In this document: positions 1 to 8,686 of the stretch, piece by piece | Layout of the letters: each line of letters begins with the position of its first letter | Numbering within the stretch: position 1 is the first letter of the stretch | NCBI GenBank assembly: GCA_944389785.1 | Contig: CALXNP010000001.1 | Location: 5,270 to 69,269, forward strand | Length of the DNA stretch: 64,000 nt | DNA from: an uncultured Anaerobiospirillum sp. | GTDB taxonomy: Bacteria; Pseudomonadota; Gammaproteobacteria; Enterobacterales; Succinivibrionaceae | Direction of reading: 5' to 3' | Position numbers and translations under genes: made by a program | Notes under the pieces: model-generated | The model's database searches: none | Told to the model about the DNA's origin: nothing | The model's input: the letters and a program-made list of their open reading frames with translations, nothing else

Positions 1-287
1 ACTACATCCAAAGGATATTTAACATATTCAAATGAGCGTGAATCTGTAAACTGCTCCTTGATTATTTCCTGAGCATTGGCAATAGCCTCTATAGCATCTT
101 CATTACATTTTTTCAGCTCTAAGGCCAACCTGTAAACCCCAAGGTACTCTCTAATACGGTCTTCATCATAGTCTAAATTTTTCAGATAATTTTCGATATT
201 ATCAGGTGTTATTTCAGATGATTTTGGTATACTGCAGGCAGGTTTAATTTTATCAACAAGTTCTTTTGCTGCTTTAAAATCAGACAT
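1..287 (-). CDS. hypothetical protein, N-terminal part (the ORF runs off the left edge of the window)
   Basis: Open minus-strand frame from an ATG (complement of 285-287), with GAGGAT 6 nt upstream (complement of 294-299). Translation is MSDFKAAKELVDKIKPACSIPKSSEITPDNIENYLKNLDYDEDRIREYLGVYRLALELKK... I recognise no family. It is absent from the ORF track because no stop codon lies inside the window. Confidence 0.4.
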   Translation of the reverse strand, partial: MSDFKAAKELVDKIKPACSIPKSSEITPDNIENYLKNLDYDEDRIREYLGVYRLALELKKCNEDAIEAIANAQEIIKEQFTDSRSFEYVKYPLDV

Positions 288-635
288 GATGTATATCCTC
301 ATTAGTGTTGTATTCTTAAGGAATATATCATGTTAGCTTTATTTCTGATATAAATTACATAATTTTTAAGGTCTTTAGAAAAAATGTGATCTTAAACGGA
401 CTTATCCAAAGGCCATATAATATAATTAAGAATCAATATATTAACATACTTCAAATACTCTTATTGACATTAACTCTTAATAAATAAATGTTTATAACAT
501 TAATATATATATTTATTTATAAAAATATGTACTCATATTTTTTAATAACAATATAAAAAATATAAAAATTTTCTTAACTTCATAAACAAAATTGTTTATA
601 ATTATTGTAACTTAATAATAAGGGGCAATAAGACA

Positions 636-833
636 ATGAAATATCAAAATTTCATTTCTGAGCTAAAAGATCTTGGTGTTAAGGTGGAAAATGGAACAGG
701 TCATTTGAAACTTTATTATAAAGGCAAACAAACAACTTGTCCTAGACATCCATCTAAAGAAATTTCTAATAACTTTGCTAAGTTAATTAAAAAAACAACT
801 AGGTCTTTAAGCAAGAAAAAAGGATGGGATTGA
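636..833 (+). CDS. hicA: HicA-family mRNA interferase toxin (C-terminal tail apparently frameshifted)
   Basis: Aligns by eye along its length with E. coli HicA (GV.V.NG..HLKL...G.....PRHP..EI). An AAGGGG Shine-Dalgarno lies upstream, and hicB follows directly. The last 13 aa diverge after an A7 run at 789-795. Confidence 0.85.
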   Translation: MKYQNFISELKDLGVKVENGTGHLKLYYKGKQTTCPRHPSKEISNNFAKLIKKTTRSLSKKKGWD

Positions 834-879
834 TTAATATCTCCCCATCCATTTAAAACCCTTTAACAATGGAGATTAA

Positions 880-1317
880 TTGACTATGGAGAAATTTGAA
901 TACCCTGTAACTATTGAGCCTAATGGTGAAGGTGGTTATATAGCTTCATTTAGAGACATACCTGAAGCTTTAACAGAAGGATGGTCTTTAGACGAGGTTA
1001 GAAAAAATGCGTTGCAAGCCCTTATTACAGCGGTAGAATTTTATATAGAAGATAATAGATCTTTTCCTTTACCTTCTAAACCTGAAAAAAATGAGGAGGT
1101 TGTTGTTCTTCCTGCATCTATTATTTCTAAAATATTATTATTAAATTCTATGGCAGAACAAAAAGTAAGACCTGCTGACTTGGCTAAAAAAATGAACATA
1201 AGGCCACAGGAAGTTAATAGAATTATTAACCTAAAACATAATACAAAAATTGATACTATAGAAAAAGCACTAAATGCTTTAGGCTTGAGCTTATCTATAT
1301 CTTGTAAACCTATTTAA
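880..1317 (+). CDS. hicB: HicB-family antitoxin with C-terminal HTH domain
   Basis: Strong by-eye match to E. coli HicB: YPVTIEP..EGGY..SF.DIPEALTEG, FYIEDN..FPLPS, and a C-terminal HTH (RPQEVNRIINLKHNTKIDTIEKALNALG). The track start at 880 is TTG. The ATG at 886 (GGAG at 871-874) is an equally plausible start. Confidence 0.9.
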   Translation: MTMEKFEYPVTIEPNGEGGYIASFRDIPEALTEGWSLDEVRKNALQALITAVEFYIEDNRSFPLPSKPEKNEEVVVLPASIISKILLLNSMAEQKVRPADLAKKMNIRPQEVNRIINLKHNTKIDTIEKALNALGLSLSISCKPI

Positions 1318-1331
1318 AACATAGTAAAGAG

Positions 1332-1367
1332 GATCACCTTTAATGTATGTAAGGTGATCTTCTTTTT
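1332..1367 (+). terminator. rho-independent terminator after hicB
   Basis: Stem GATCACCTT (1332-1340) pairs with AAGGTGATC (1351-1359), followed by a T-run (TTCTTTTTT). Confidence 0.6.
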
Positions 1368-1795
1368 TATTTTCATTGTTTATATTTTCATCATCTCAAC
1401 TTTTCATATACATTTTTCTTAAAACAGAAAAGCCCCTTTCGGGTATCTTAATCTGTAATTACTTAACTTATGCTGCATATTATTAACTATGAAATTATTC
1501 ATTACATCTATTTTTGTAGTTTAATGTAATAAATTTTGTCTCTTCATAGCTTTAGTTGCAAAATTTATGTGCTATATCTTTAACTTTTGTCTTATTAATA
1601 ATTAAAAAGCAACACGTTTATATTCAATAAGACCAAATAAAATACTACGCATAATTAATTTCTTTTAAATACAAATAAATAATCTTGTAGTTGATAAAAT
1701 TTACATTTATTTAGTCATCTAACAAATTTTAATATTTAAAATATGTCATTATAAAAAACATAAAGTTACCTTGAATTTGATAAGTGAGGTGCCTA

Positions 1796-3010
1796 ATGTC
1801 AGATCTAGGAGTAAAAACAACACATAAACAAGCTACGACCGTATTTTCAATTTTATTGCTTGTAAGTTTAGGTCATTTTTTAAATGATACTATGCAGGCT
1901 GTTATTCCTGCTATATACCCTGTGATTAAAGAGAATTTTAACCTAAGTTTTTCACAAATTGGTATTATTACTTTATGTTTTCAGATGACCTCTTCAATTA
2001 TTCAACCATTTATTGGTCGTTATGCTGATAAACATCCTCGTCCTTTTTCTTTAGCTATAGCAATGATCTTTACTTTAATTGGTTTAACAATGCTTTGTTA
2101 CGCTAATAACTTTTATACTATCTTAATTTCAGTATGTATTATAGGTATGGGATCTTCTATATTTCATCCTGAAGCTTCACGTGTTGCTCAAATGGCCTCA
2201 GGAGGTAAACGAGGTCTTGCTCAATCAATTTTCCAAGTAGGAGGTAATGCAGGTACAGCTGCAGGTCCTCTGCTTGCAGCTTTAATTATTATACCATTTG
2301 GTCAAACAGCTATAGGTTTTTTTGATATTTTAGCTATAGTTGCCTTTTTTATATTTATTCGTATAGGTTTTTGGTACAAAAGACGTATTGAAGAATTTGG
2401 CAGAAGTAAAAAACCTACTTTTATTAAGACACATAGTCTAACAGAAGGTCAAGTCAAAAAAACATTATTTTTATTATTATTTTTAATGTTTTCTAAAAAC
2501 TTTTTTTCAGTGTCAATGACTAATTACTTTACATTTTATTTAATTAATAAATATGATGTAAGCATCTATCACTCACAAATGGCTTTATTTGCTTATCTAT
2601 CCGCTTGTGCTGCTGGCATCATAGCTGGTGGTTTTTTAACTGATAAGTTTGGACGTAAGCTTGTAATTTTAGGATCGATTTTTGGTGCAGCTCCATTTAC
2701 TGTAATAATGCCTTATGTAAACTCTGTTTATCTATGTCTAACATTGGCAATGTTAATTGGTATTATTATCTCATCAGCATTTTCTGCTATTTTAGTATAT
2801 GCTACAGATTTGATGCCAGATAAAGTTGGTATGATTGCAGGACTCTTTTTTGGTTTTGCTTTTGGACTTGGTGGTATTGGCTCAGCTTTCTTTGGAGCTT
2901 TAGCTGATTATACTTCAATTGATTTTGTTTTTAAGCTAAGTACATTACTGCCACTTATGGGAATATTTGCTTTAAAACTTCCTAATATTAGTTCTAAAGC
3001 TAAAAGCTAA
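1796..3010 (+). CDS. MFS transporter, Fsr (fosmidomycin-resistance)-like subfamily
   Basis: Polytopic hydrophobic profile. N-terminal motif HFLNDTMQAVIPAIYPVIK...QPFIGRYADKHPRP is typical of Fsr-type MFS_1 proteins. The ATG at 1796 is preceded by GAGG (1787-1790). The track start at 1784 is an in-frame GTG that overlaps this Shine-Dalgarno. Confidence 0.8.
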   Translation: MSDLGVKTTHKQATTVFSILLLVSLGHFLNDTMQAVIPAIYPVIKENFNLSFSQIGIITLCFQMTSSIIQPFIGRYADKHPRPFSLAIAMIFTLIGLTMLCYANNFYTILISVCIIGMGSSIFHPEASRVAQMASGGKRGLAQSIFQVGGNAGTAAGPLLAALIIIPFGQTAIGFFDILAIVAFFIFIRIGFWYKRRIEEFGRSKKPTFIKTHSLTEGQVKKTLFLLLFLMFSKNFFSVSMTNYFTFYLINKYDVSIYHSQMALFAYLSACAAGIIAGGFLTDKFGRKLVILGSIFGAAPFTVIMPYVNSVYLCLTLAMLIGIIISSAFSAILVYATDLMPDKVGMIAGLFFGFAFGLGGIGSAFFGALADYTSIDFVFKLSTLLPLMGIFALKLPNISSKAKS

Positions 3011-3017
3011 AAAAAAT

Positions 3018-3050
3018 AAACTACTAGTACCATTAAGTTGCTAGTAGTTT
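3018..3050. terminator. hairpin between the convergent MFS and acid phosphatase genes
   Basis: AAACTACTAG (3018-3027) pairs with CTAGTAGTTT (3041-3050). A-rich and T-rich flanks allow it to work in both directions. Confidence 0.55.
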
Positions 3051-3101
3051 ATTAGGAGCTAACTCTAAAACTTTAATTGCAATTTTTAATAAATATCTAA
3101 T

Positions 3102-3848
3102 CTATTTCTTATCTTTTAACTTTTTAGCAACCTCTTCTTTTGCTAAAGCTAATTGCTTATTAAAATTATCATTAGCATGCAGTCTAGCTACCACTGCAGC
3201 AGCTACAATACGGGCGGCATCCACATCAGACTGCCAATGATAACCACAGATAACACGGCTTTGTCCAATTTCATAACCACGCTTTAAAATAGCATCTTGA
3301 TTAGCTGGATTAATTTCAGCTAAAACTAAAGCTGTAGCAAAACCAATAGCAGTATGACCTGATGGATATGAGCCATTAGTTGATAACTCATTCATTTGTT
3401 TTAAATTACAAGGAGGAGTATTGTAGTAAGCATAAGGACGCTCACGCATATAATAATTCTTAGCACCACGAGTAGAGAGATCACCTGCATCTTCTGTCAT
3501 AGTTTGAATAAGTTTATATGTTTGAGGCAAATTCTTTTGAGTAATATCTAAACCAAAAGCTTTTGAGAATGAATTAACTACACCATCACCATGTAAATCA
3601 GCATCATTACTTGCTAATTTACCACGAGGAGTATCACGCAAAGTTAAACCTATCTCATATTGAGTTTTATCATTTAAAAAATCAATACTATCTAAAGCTG
3701 GTGGTGGAGGTAATAAAGCAATACTATCTGCTACCTCATTTTCTAATAAATAATATTTATCAGGATTGGTACTAGCATCCTTAGCAGCATATACATTAAA
3801 ACTTATAGCACTTGCTGCTATACATAAAAAAAGCTTACTATATTTCAT
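3102..3848 (-). CDS. secreted class A non-specific acid phosphatase (PAP2 superfamily)
   Basis: Signal peptide [21 protein letters not shown]. Tripartite PAP2 signature: KX6RP (KNYYMRERP), PSGH (YPSGHT), SRX5HX3D ([12 protein letters not shown]). Confidence 0.88.
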   Translation of the reverse strand: MKYSKLFLCIAASAISFNVYAAKDASTNPDKYYLLENEVADSIALLPPPPALDSIDFLNDKTQYEIGLTLRDTPRGKLASNDADLHGDGVVNSFSKAFGLDITQKNLPQTYKLIQTMTEDAGDLSTRGAKNYYMRERPYAYYNTPPCNLKQMNELSTNGSYPSGHTAIGFATALVLAEINPANQDAILKRGYEIGQSRVICGYHWQSDVDAARIVAAAVVARLHANDNFNKQLALAKEEVAKKLKDKK

Positions 3849-3931
3849 GTTTACATCCTCAACTAATAATAATCTACGTTTAATAATGTATACCTTTATA
3901 TCTGTTATTTAACATAGAAATTTAAAATATA

Positions 3932-3947
3932 TGTGACAACTATCACA
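3932..3947. promoter_or_regulatory. candidate CRP-family operator (TGTGA-N6-TCACA)
   Basis: Perfect palindromic core TGTGAcaactaTCACA in the divergent intergenic region. It lies 84-99 nt upstream of the phosphatase ATG and about 175 nt upstream of the PiT ATG. Confidence 0.4.
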
Positions 3948-4121
3948 CTTATTGCTAAATAAATTTTAATATTGATGATCATATAGATATATAAAAAACA
4001 AAGCAGGCAAAAAATTTTATATATATTCCTTTTATTTTTTCAATAATCACTATTTTTTTTGTAAAATATACATGTTGTTAATTGCACAACAACTATGTTT
4101 AATAATATGGAAAAATAACTT

Positions 4122-6524
4122 ATGGATTCAATCTTTCTTGTATTGGTAGTATTTCTACTAATTCTTGCTTGTGTTGATCTTTTTGTGGGTGTAAGTAATG
4201 ATGCTGTAAACTTCTTAAACTCAGCCGTTGGTTCACGTATTGCACCTTTACACATAATTTTAATTGTAGCCTCATTAGGCGTACTAATTGGAGCAACCTT
4301 TTCTTCTGGAATGATGGAAGTTGCAAGACAAGGCATGTTTCATCCTGATAAATTTACATTTTATGAAGTGATGATTATGTTCTTAGCTGTAATGATAGCT
4401 GATGTCTTACTTCTTAATGCATTTAACTCTCTTGGACTTCCTACCTCTACTACAGTCTCTATTGTTTTTGAATTATTTGGTGCTGCTATATGTGTGGCTG
4501 CATATAAGTTATACTCTAATGGTTTACCTATTGCAGAAATCTTTGATTATATAAAATCTGATAGAACTATGACTATCGTTTCGGCTATCTTAGTTTCTGT
4601 AGTTGTAGCCTTTGTATCTGGAATGGTAGTACAATTTGTATTGCGTATACTATTTACCTTTAATTTTAAAAATACCTATAAATATTTAGGCGGATTATTT
4701 TGTGGTTTCTCCCTTACTGCTATTATTTACTTCTTAGTTGTAAAAGGTGCAAAAGATGCTTCATTTATGAAACCTGAATATATAAATTTCATCAATGAGC
4801 ACACACAAACTATACTTTATACCACCTTTATAGTTTTAACTATAATTTCACAGATTTTTGTGCTATTCAAACTCAACGTCTTTAAACTCATTATTCTCTC
4901 AGGTACTTTTGCTCTTGCTTTTTCATTTGCTGGCAATGACCTTGTAAACTTTATTGGTGTACCTTTAGCAGCTTTAGATAGTTATGTTGATTGGCAGAAT
5001 AGTGGGCTTGGTGTTGATGAACTTATGATGACTAGTCTAAATGAAACAAGTAAAACACCAACATTTTACTTGGTTATAGCCGGTCTTATTATGGCAGTAA
5101 CCCTATTTGTATCAAAAAAGGCTCATCGTGTAATTCAAACCTCTATTAATTTATCAAGCTCAAGTCGTGGTGAGCATGAGCAATTTGGTGCTACTACTAC
5201 AGGACGTATGGTTACTCGTATGGGTCTTGGAGTTTCACGTGCTGTCTACAATGTCATGCCAGATTTTGCTTTAAAATTTATTGGCTCACGTTATCAAAAA
5301 TTACCTGTAGTTAAAGGTGAAGCTCCTCTACCTTTTGATTATGTAAGAGCTTCTGTTAATCTTGTAATAGCAGCTATTTTAATCTCATCTGCTACTTCAC
5401 TTAAATTGCCTTTATCTACTACTTATGTAACATTCATGGTAGCAATGGGCAGTTCTTTTGCTGATGGTGCTTGGGATAGAGAAAGTGCTGTTTATAGAAT
5501 TTCAGGTGTAATCACTGTTATTGCAGGTTGGTTCTTAACAGGTTTATCAGCTTTTACTTTCTGCTTTATTATCTGCTTAGTTTTATTATACTTAGGTACT
5601 ACAGCCGCCTTTGCTTTAATAGCTTTGGCTTTATTTATTGTAATAAAAAGTAATTTTACTAAGCAAAAAACTACAGAAGTAGTACAAAATGTTATTGATG
5701 CAAAAGGCGATAATGCTAAAATCTTACAAGCAGTATCAACAGCTGTACCTGCAATTTTTGAAAACAATGTAAATTGCCTAACTAAAGCTTTAACAGAATT
5801 CTTCAATGATAATGAGTTTGCTTTACGTAAGGTACGCAATAAAGCATCAAATGTAGTTGATAGTATTTCACGTCAAAGAGCTGAATACTATAATCTAGCT
5901 TTACAAAAAGATTACTCTAATAAAGAAGCTTTAGATGCTAAGCACTTTTTCTATCTTTCATTTTCAAATATGTTAGAAGGTGCCAAATCAGTACGTTATG
6001 CTGTTGATCAAGCTGTAAATCATATTGCTAACCGTCATACACTCTTTACAAGTAAAATGCAAAGCTCACTTGAAGAGCTATTAAAACGCCTTGATAAAGT
6101 GCTAATTGATATGCGAGTAATTGCAATTGATCCTAGTGCTATTAATGTAGAAAACATAGTGAAGCATGCTAAAAAACTCAATCGTGATATTGATAAATAT
6201 CAAATGGAACTTGTAAATATCATAGGTCATGAAAAAGTTTCAGTACACTCAGCTGAAATGTATCTAACATTTTTACAAGCAATACGTGATCTAGCTAATC
6301 GCTATGTAGCTGTTGCAATGCATGAGCGTGCTCTTGCTCAAATAGTAGTTGGGCATAAAGTAGATGCAAGTTTAACTCAAGCCAATATGCAATCAACTAT
6401 TGCCTCTGATGCTATCATTACAAATAATGAGGATTTAATTAAAACCCCTCAAATTATAGATGAAGATGATAGTATTGAGGATATAGAACTACCTACTAAA
6501 AAAGGTGTTATAAATAAAAAATAA
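4122..6524 (+). CDS. PiT/PHO4-family inorganic phosphate transporter with a long C-terminal soluble extension
   Basis: Two PHO4-type signatures, GVSNDAVNFLNSAVGS (N-terminal) and AGNDLVNFIGVPLAA (internal), plus multiple TM segments up to about aa 530. The last ~260 aa are hydrophilic and predicted helical. Confidence 0.7.
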   Translation: MDSIFLVLVVFLLILACVDLFVGVSNDAVNFLNSAVGSRIAPLHIILIVASLGVLIGATFSSGMMEVARQGMFHPDKFTFYEVMIMFLAVMIADVLLLNAFNSLGLPTSTTVSIVFELFGAAICVAAYKLYSNGLPIAEIFDYIKSDRTMTIVSAILVSVVVAFVSGMVVQFVLRILFTFNFKNTYKYLGGLFCGFSLTAIIYFLVVKGAKDASFMKPEYINFINEHTQTILYTTFIVLTIISQIFVLFKLNVFKLIILSGTFALAFSFAGNDLVNFIGVPLAALDSYVDWQNSGLGVDELMMTSLNETSKTPTFYLVIAGLIMAVTLFVSKKAHRVIQTSINLSSSSRGEHEQFGATTTGRMVTRMGLGVSRAVYNVMPDFALKFIGSRYQKLPVVKGEAPLPFDYVRASVNLVIAAILISSATSLKLPLSTTYVTFMVAMGSSFADGAWDRESAVYRISGVITVIAGWFLTGLSAFTFCFIICLVLLYLGTTAAFALIALALFIVIKSNFTKQKTTEVVQNVIDAKGDNAKILQAVSTAVPAIFENNVNCLTKALTEFFNDNEFALRKVRNKASNVVDSISRQRAEYYNLALQKDYSNKEALDAKHFFYLSFSNMLEGAKSVRYAVDQAVNHIANRHTLFTSKMQSSLEELLKRLDKVLIDMRVIAIDPSAINVENIVKHAKKLNRDIDKYQMELVNIIGHEKVSVHSAEMYLTFLQAIRDLANRYVAVAMHERALAQIVVGHKVDASLTQANMQSTIASDAIITNNEDLIKTPQIIDEDDSIEDIELPTKKGVINKK

Positions 6525-6587
6525 ATAAATTAAAGGCAGGTAATTTACACCTGCCTTTAATTTTATATAAAATAAATCTGTATAAAA

Positions 6588-8177
6588 TTATAAATGTAAT
6601 AAAGCTTTAATCCTTGCTAAAAACCCATTATCATCTTTATTCATAGTCAAACTACAGACATTATTAATAATACGCTGATATACACTGTCTTCTATAGTTT
6701 CATCTCCATAAACACAATTAGTTAAAATAAGCATTGCCTCTTGAACTGAATCTACAGTATAAATATGAAACTTTTTATTATCCACAGCTTTAACTACAGA
6801 AGGTCTTAAAACTAATTGACTTACACAAGAGCTTGGAATAATAACACCCTGAGTACCTGTTAAACCATGCATAGAGCATACTTTGAAAAAAGCTTCAATT
6901 TTCTCATTAACTCCACCTACTGCTTGTACATTACCAAATTGGTCAACAGCACCTGTTACAGCAATATCTTGTCTTATAGCTAAATTAGCTAAAGATGATA
7001 ATACAGCACATAAACCAGTAAGCGAGGCACTATCACCGTCAATTTCACTATAAGATTGCTCAAAAACCAAACTTGCATTTACAGGTAATGGTTGAACAGA
7101 GCCAAACTCTTTGGTTAAAAAGCCATTAATGATCATCATAGCTTTAGCATGAATTTGACCTGCTAATTCAGCCTTATGCTCAATATCAATGACATCACCC
7201 TCACCACCTGCTCTATGAGTAGCACTGATTCTAACTACTTGACCAAACTCATATAATGAACCTTGAGTTTCAAGTACACTTAAACCATTAATTTGGCCTA
7301 CACATTCACCTTTTGTTTTAATTAGCAATTGTTTATCTTGATGATAGCGAAGCTCTGCTTTAGCTATAAAATTAATTCTATAATCACTAGCAGCTATCGC
7401 TTTTAACACATCTTTTTCACTTATTAGCTCTGTTTTACAAAAACTATTAGCTTCTTGACATAAACTAATAAGCCTAAGTTCACTTATAAATAAATAGCGT
7501 CTATCATTATTTAATCTAGCTAAAAAACTAGCAATTAAGTTTAAAGCTGCCCCATCAAAATCTTTAAGCTTATATTTAATTACATAATGTTTAATTAAAG
7601 CTGCTAAACTGTAATTTTGCTCTGAAGCTCGAAACTCAAATACAAAATCTGCATGTACAGCATTTACATAATTACTCCAATATAAAGATAAAGCTGCACA
7701 ATCTGCAGCATCACCACATAGAACTAAAATTAAATTGTCATTTTGTGCTAATACTGCATCTATCATGCCCAACCATTTAGGATGAGCATTTAAATGTGCT
7801 ATAGGCATAATAATAACATCACTATTACTAACTATACCCTCTTCTTTTTCTGTACCAAAAAAATCTATTTTAGTTGGAGCATAAGCAATACTAATTTTAG
7901 TATCCTTTACACAGATATCAGCAACAAGCTCATAACTTGTTGCTATTAAATCAATACAGCTATCACCACATAAAACCACAGTTTTTGATAAATGCTTAGT
8001 AAAAACAGCTCTTAGAGCATTTTTTACTCTATGCTGCATTGAGGCAAAACTTTTAGGTTCTAAATCCTTTGTACTAAAAGATTTAGGCAAATTAAAATGT
8101 GGATATAAATCATAAGCTGATAGCTCTATTTGCATTTGTTTATTAGTCTTCGTCAAAGCAGACCTCATATAATCCAT
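6588..8177 (-). CDS. Lon-like S16 peptidase (YcbZ/LonH-like) without a recognisable P-loop
   Basis: The C-terminal half carries a Lon proteolytic domain: Ser motif DGDSASL (Lon has DGPSAG) and Lys motif GGVNEKIEAF. I see no GxxGxGK(S/T) in the N-terminal ~300 aa. The start is uncertain (8177, 8168 or 8135). Only 8135 avoids overlap with hpt. Confidence 0.7.
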   Translation of the reverse strand: MDYMRSALTKTNKQMQIELSAYDLYPHFNLPKSFSTKDLEPKSFASMQHRVKNALRAVFTKHLSKTVVLCGDSCIDLIATSYELVADICVKDTKISIAYAPTKIDFFGTEKEEGIVSNSDVIIMPIAHLNAHPKWLGMIDAVLAQNDNLILVLCGDAADCAALSLYWSNYVNAVHADFVFEFRASEQNYSLAALIKHYVIKYKLKDFDGAALNLIASFLARLNNDRRYLFISELRLISLCQEANSFCKTELISEKDVLKAIAASDYRINFIAKAELRYHQDKQLLIKTKGECVGQINGLSVLETQGSLYEFGQVVRISATHRAGGEGDVIDIEHKAELAGQIHAKAMMIINGFLTKEFGSVQPLPVNASLVFEQSYSEIDGDSASLTGLCAVLSSLANLAIRQDIAVTGAVDQFGNVQAVGGVNEKIEAFFKVCSMHGLTGTQGVIIPSSCVSQLVLRPSVVKAVDNKKFHIYTVDSVQEAMLILTNCVYGDETIEDSVYQRIINNVCSLTMNKDDNGFLARIKALLHL

Positions 8178-8679
8178 TTAAATTACGAAGCTTTTGTCCC
8201 ATATCAAGACCATAGCCAACTAAAAAGCCTTTTTCTAATTTAAATCCTGAGTAATCAACATTATAAGTACTTAAACGACGTTCTTTTTTATCAATCAAAG
8301 TACAACTTAAAACTTTTTTAGCACCTTTTGAATACATTAGCTCAACAATTTTTTCTAAAGTTAAGCCTGTATCTATGATATCATCTACTAATAAAACACA
8401 TTTATCTTTAACATCAAGCTCAATATCCTTTCTGATATCTAATTTTAATGAAGATACAGTGTTTTCACCATAGGATGAAGCTCTCATAAAATCAATTAAG
8501 ATATTATCTCCTGTTAAATAAGAAGTTAAATCAGAAAAAAAGTGATAAGCACCATTTAAAATACATACTGTAATTAATTGCTCATCACCAATATCTTTTT
8601 GTATACAGGTAGCTAGCTCCTTTACTCTTGTTTGAATTTGCTCATAGGAAATTATTTCTTTTAAATGGTAATTTTGCAT
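8143..8679 (-). CDS. hpt: hypoxanthine(-guanine) phosphoribosyltransferase
   Basis: PRPP-binding motif VLLVDDIIDTGLT and typical 6-oxopurine PRTase length. The ATG at 8679 (MQNYHLKE...) has GAGG 5 nt upstream (complement of 8685-8688). The track start at 8700 would overlap the end of tamB. Confidence 0.88.
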   Translation of the reverse strand: MQNYHLKEIISYEQIQTRVKELATCIQKDIGDEQLITVCILNGAYHFFSDLTSYLTGDNILIDFMRASSYGENTVSSLKLDIRKDIELDVKDKCVLLVDDIIDTGLTLEKIVELMYSKGAKKVLSCTLIDKKERRLSTYNVDYSGFKLEKGFLVGYGLDMGQKLRNLNGLYEVCFDED

Positions 8680-8686
8680 ATCTACC

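Noticed and set aside
4040-5839. ORFs 4040-4336(-), 4120-4326(-) and 5492-5839(-) from the six-frame track
   Set aside because: They lie antisense to, or overlap the start of, the well-supported PiT transporter gene. Their translations are low-complexity with no motifs and no Shine-Dalgarno, so they are most likely AT-rich frame artefacts.
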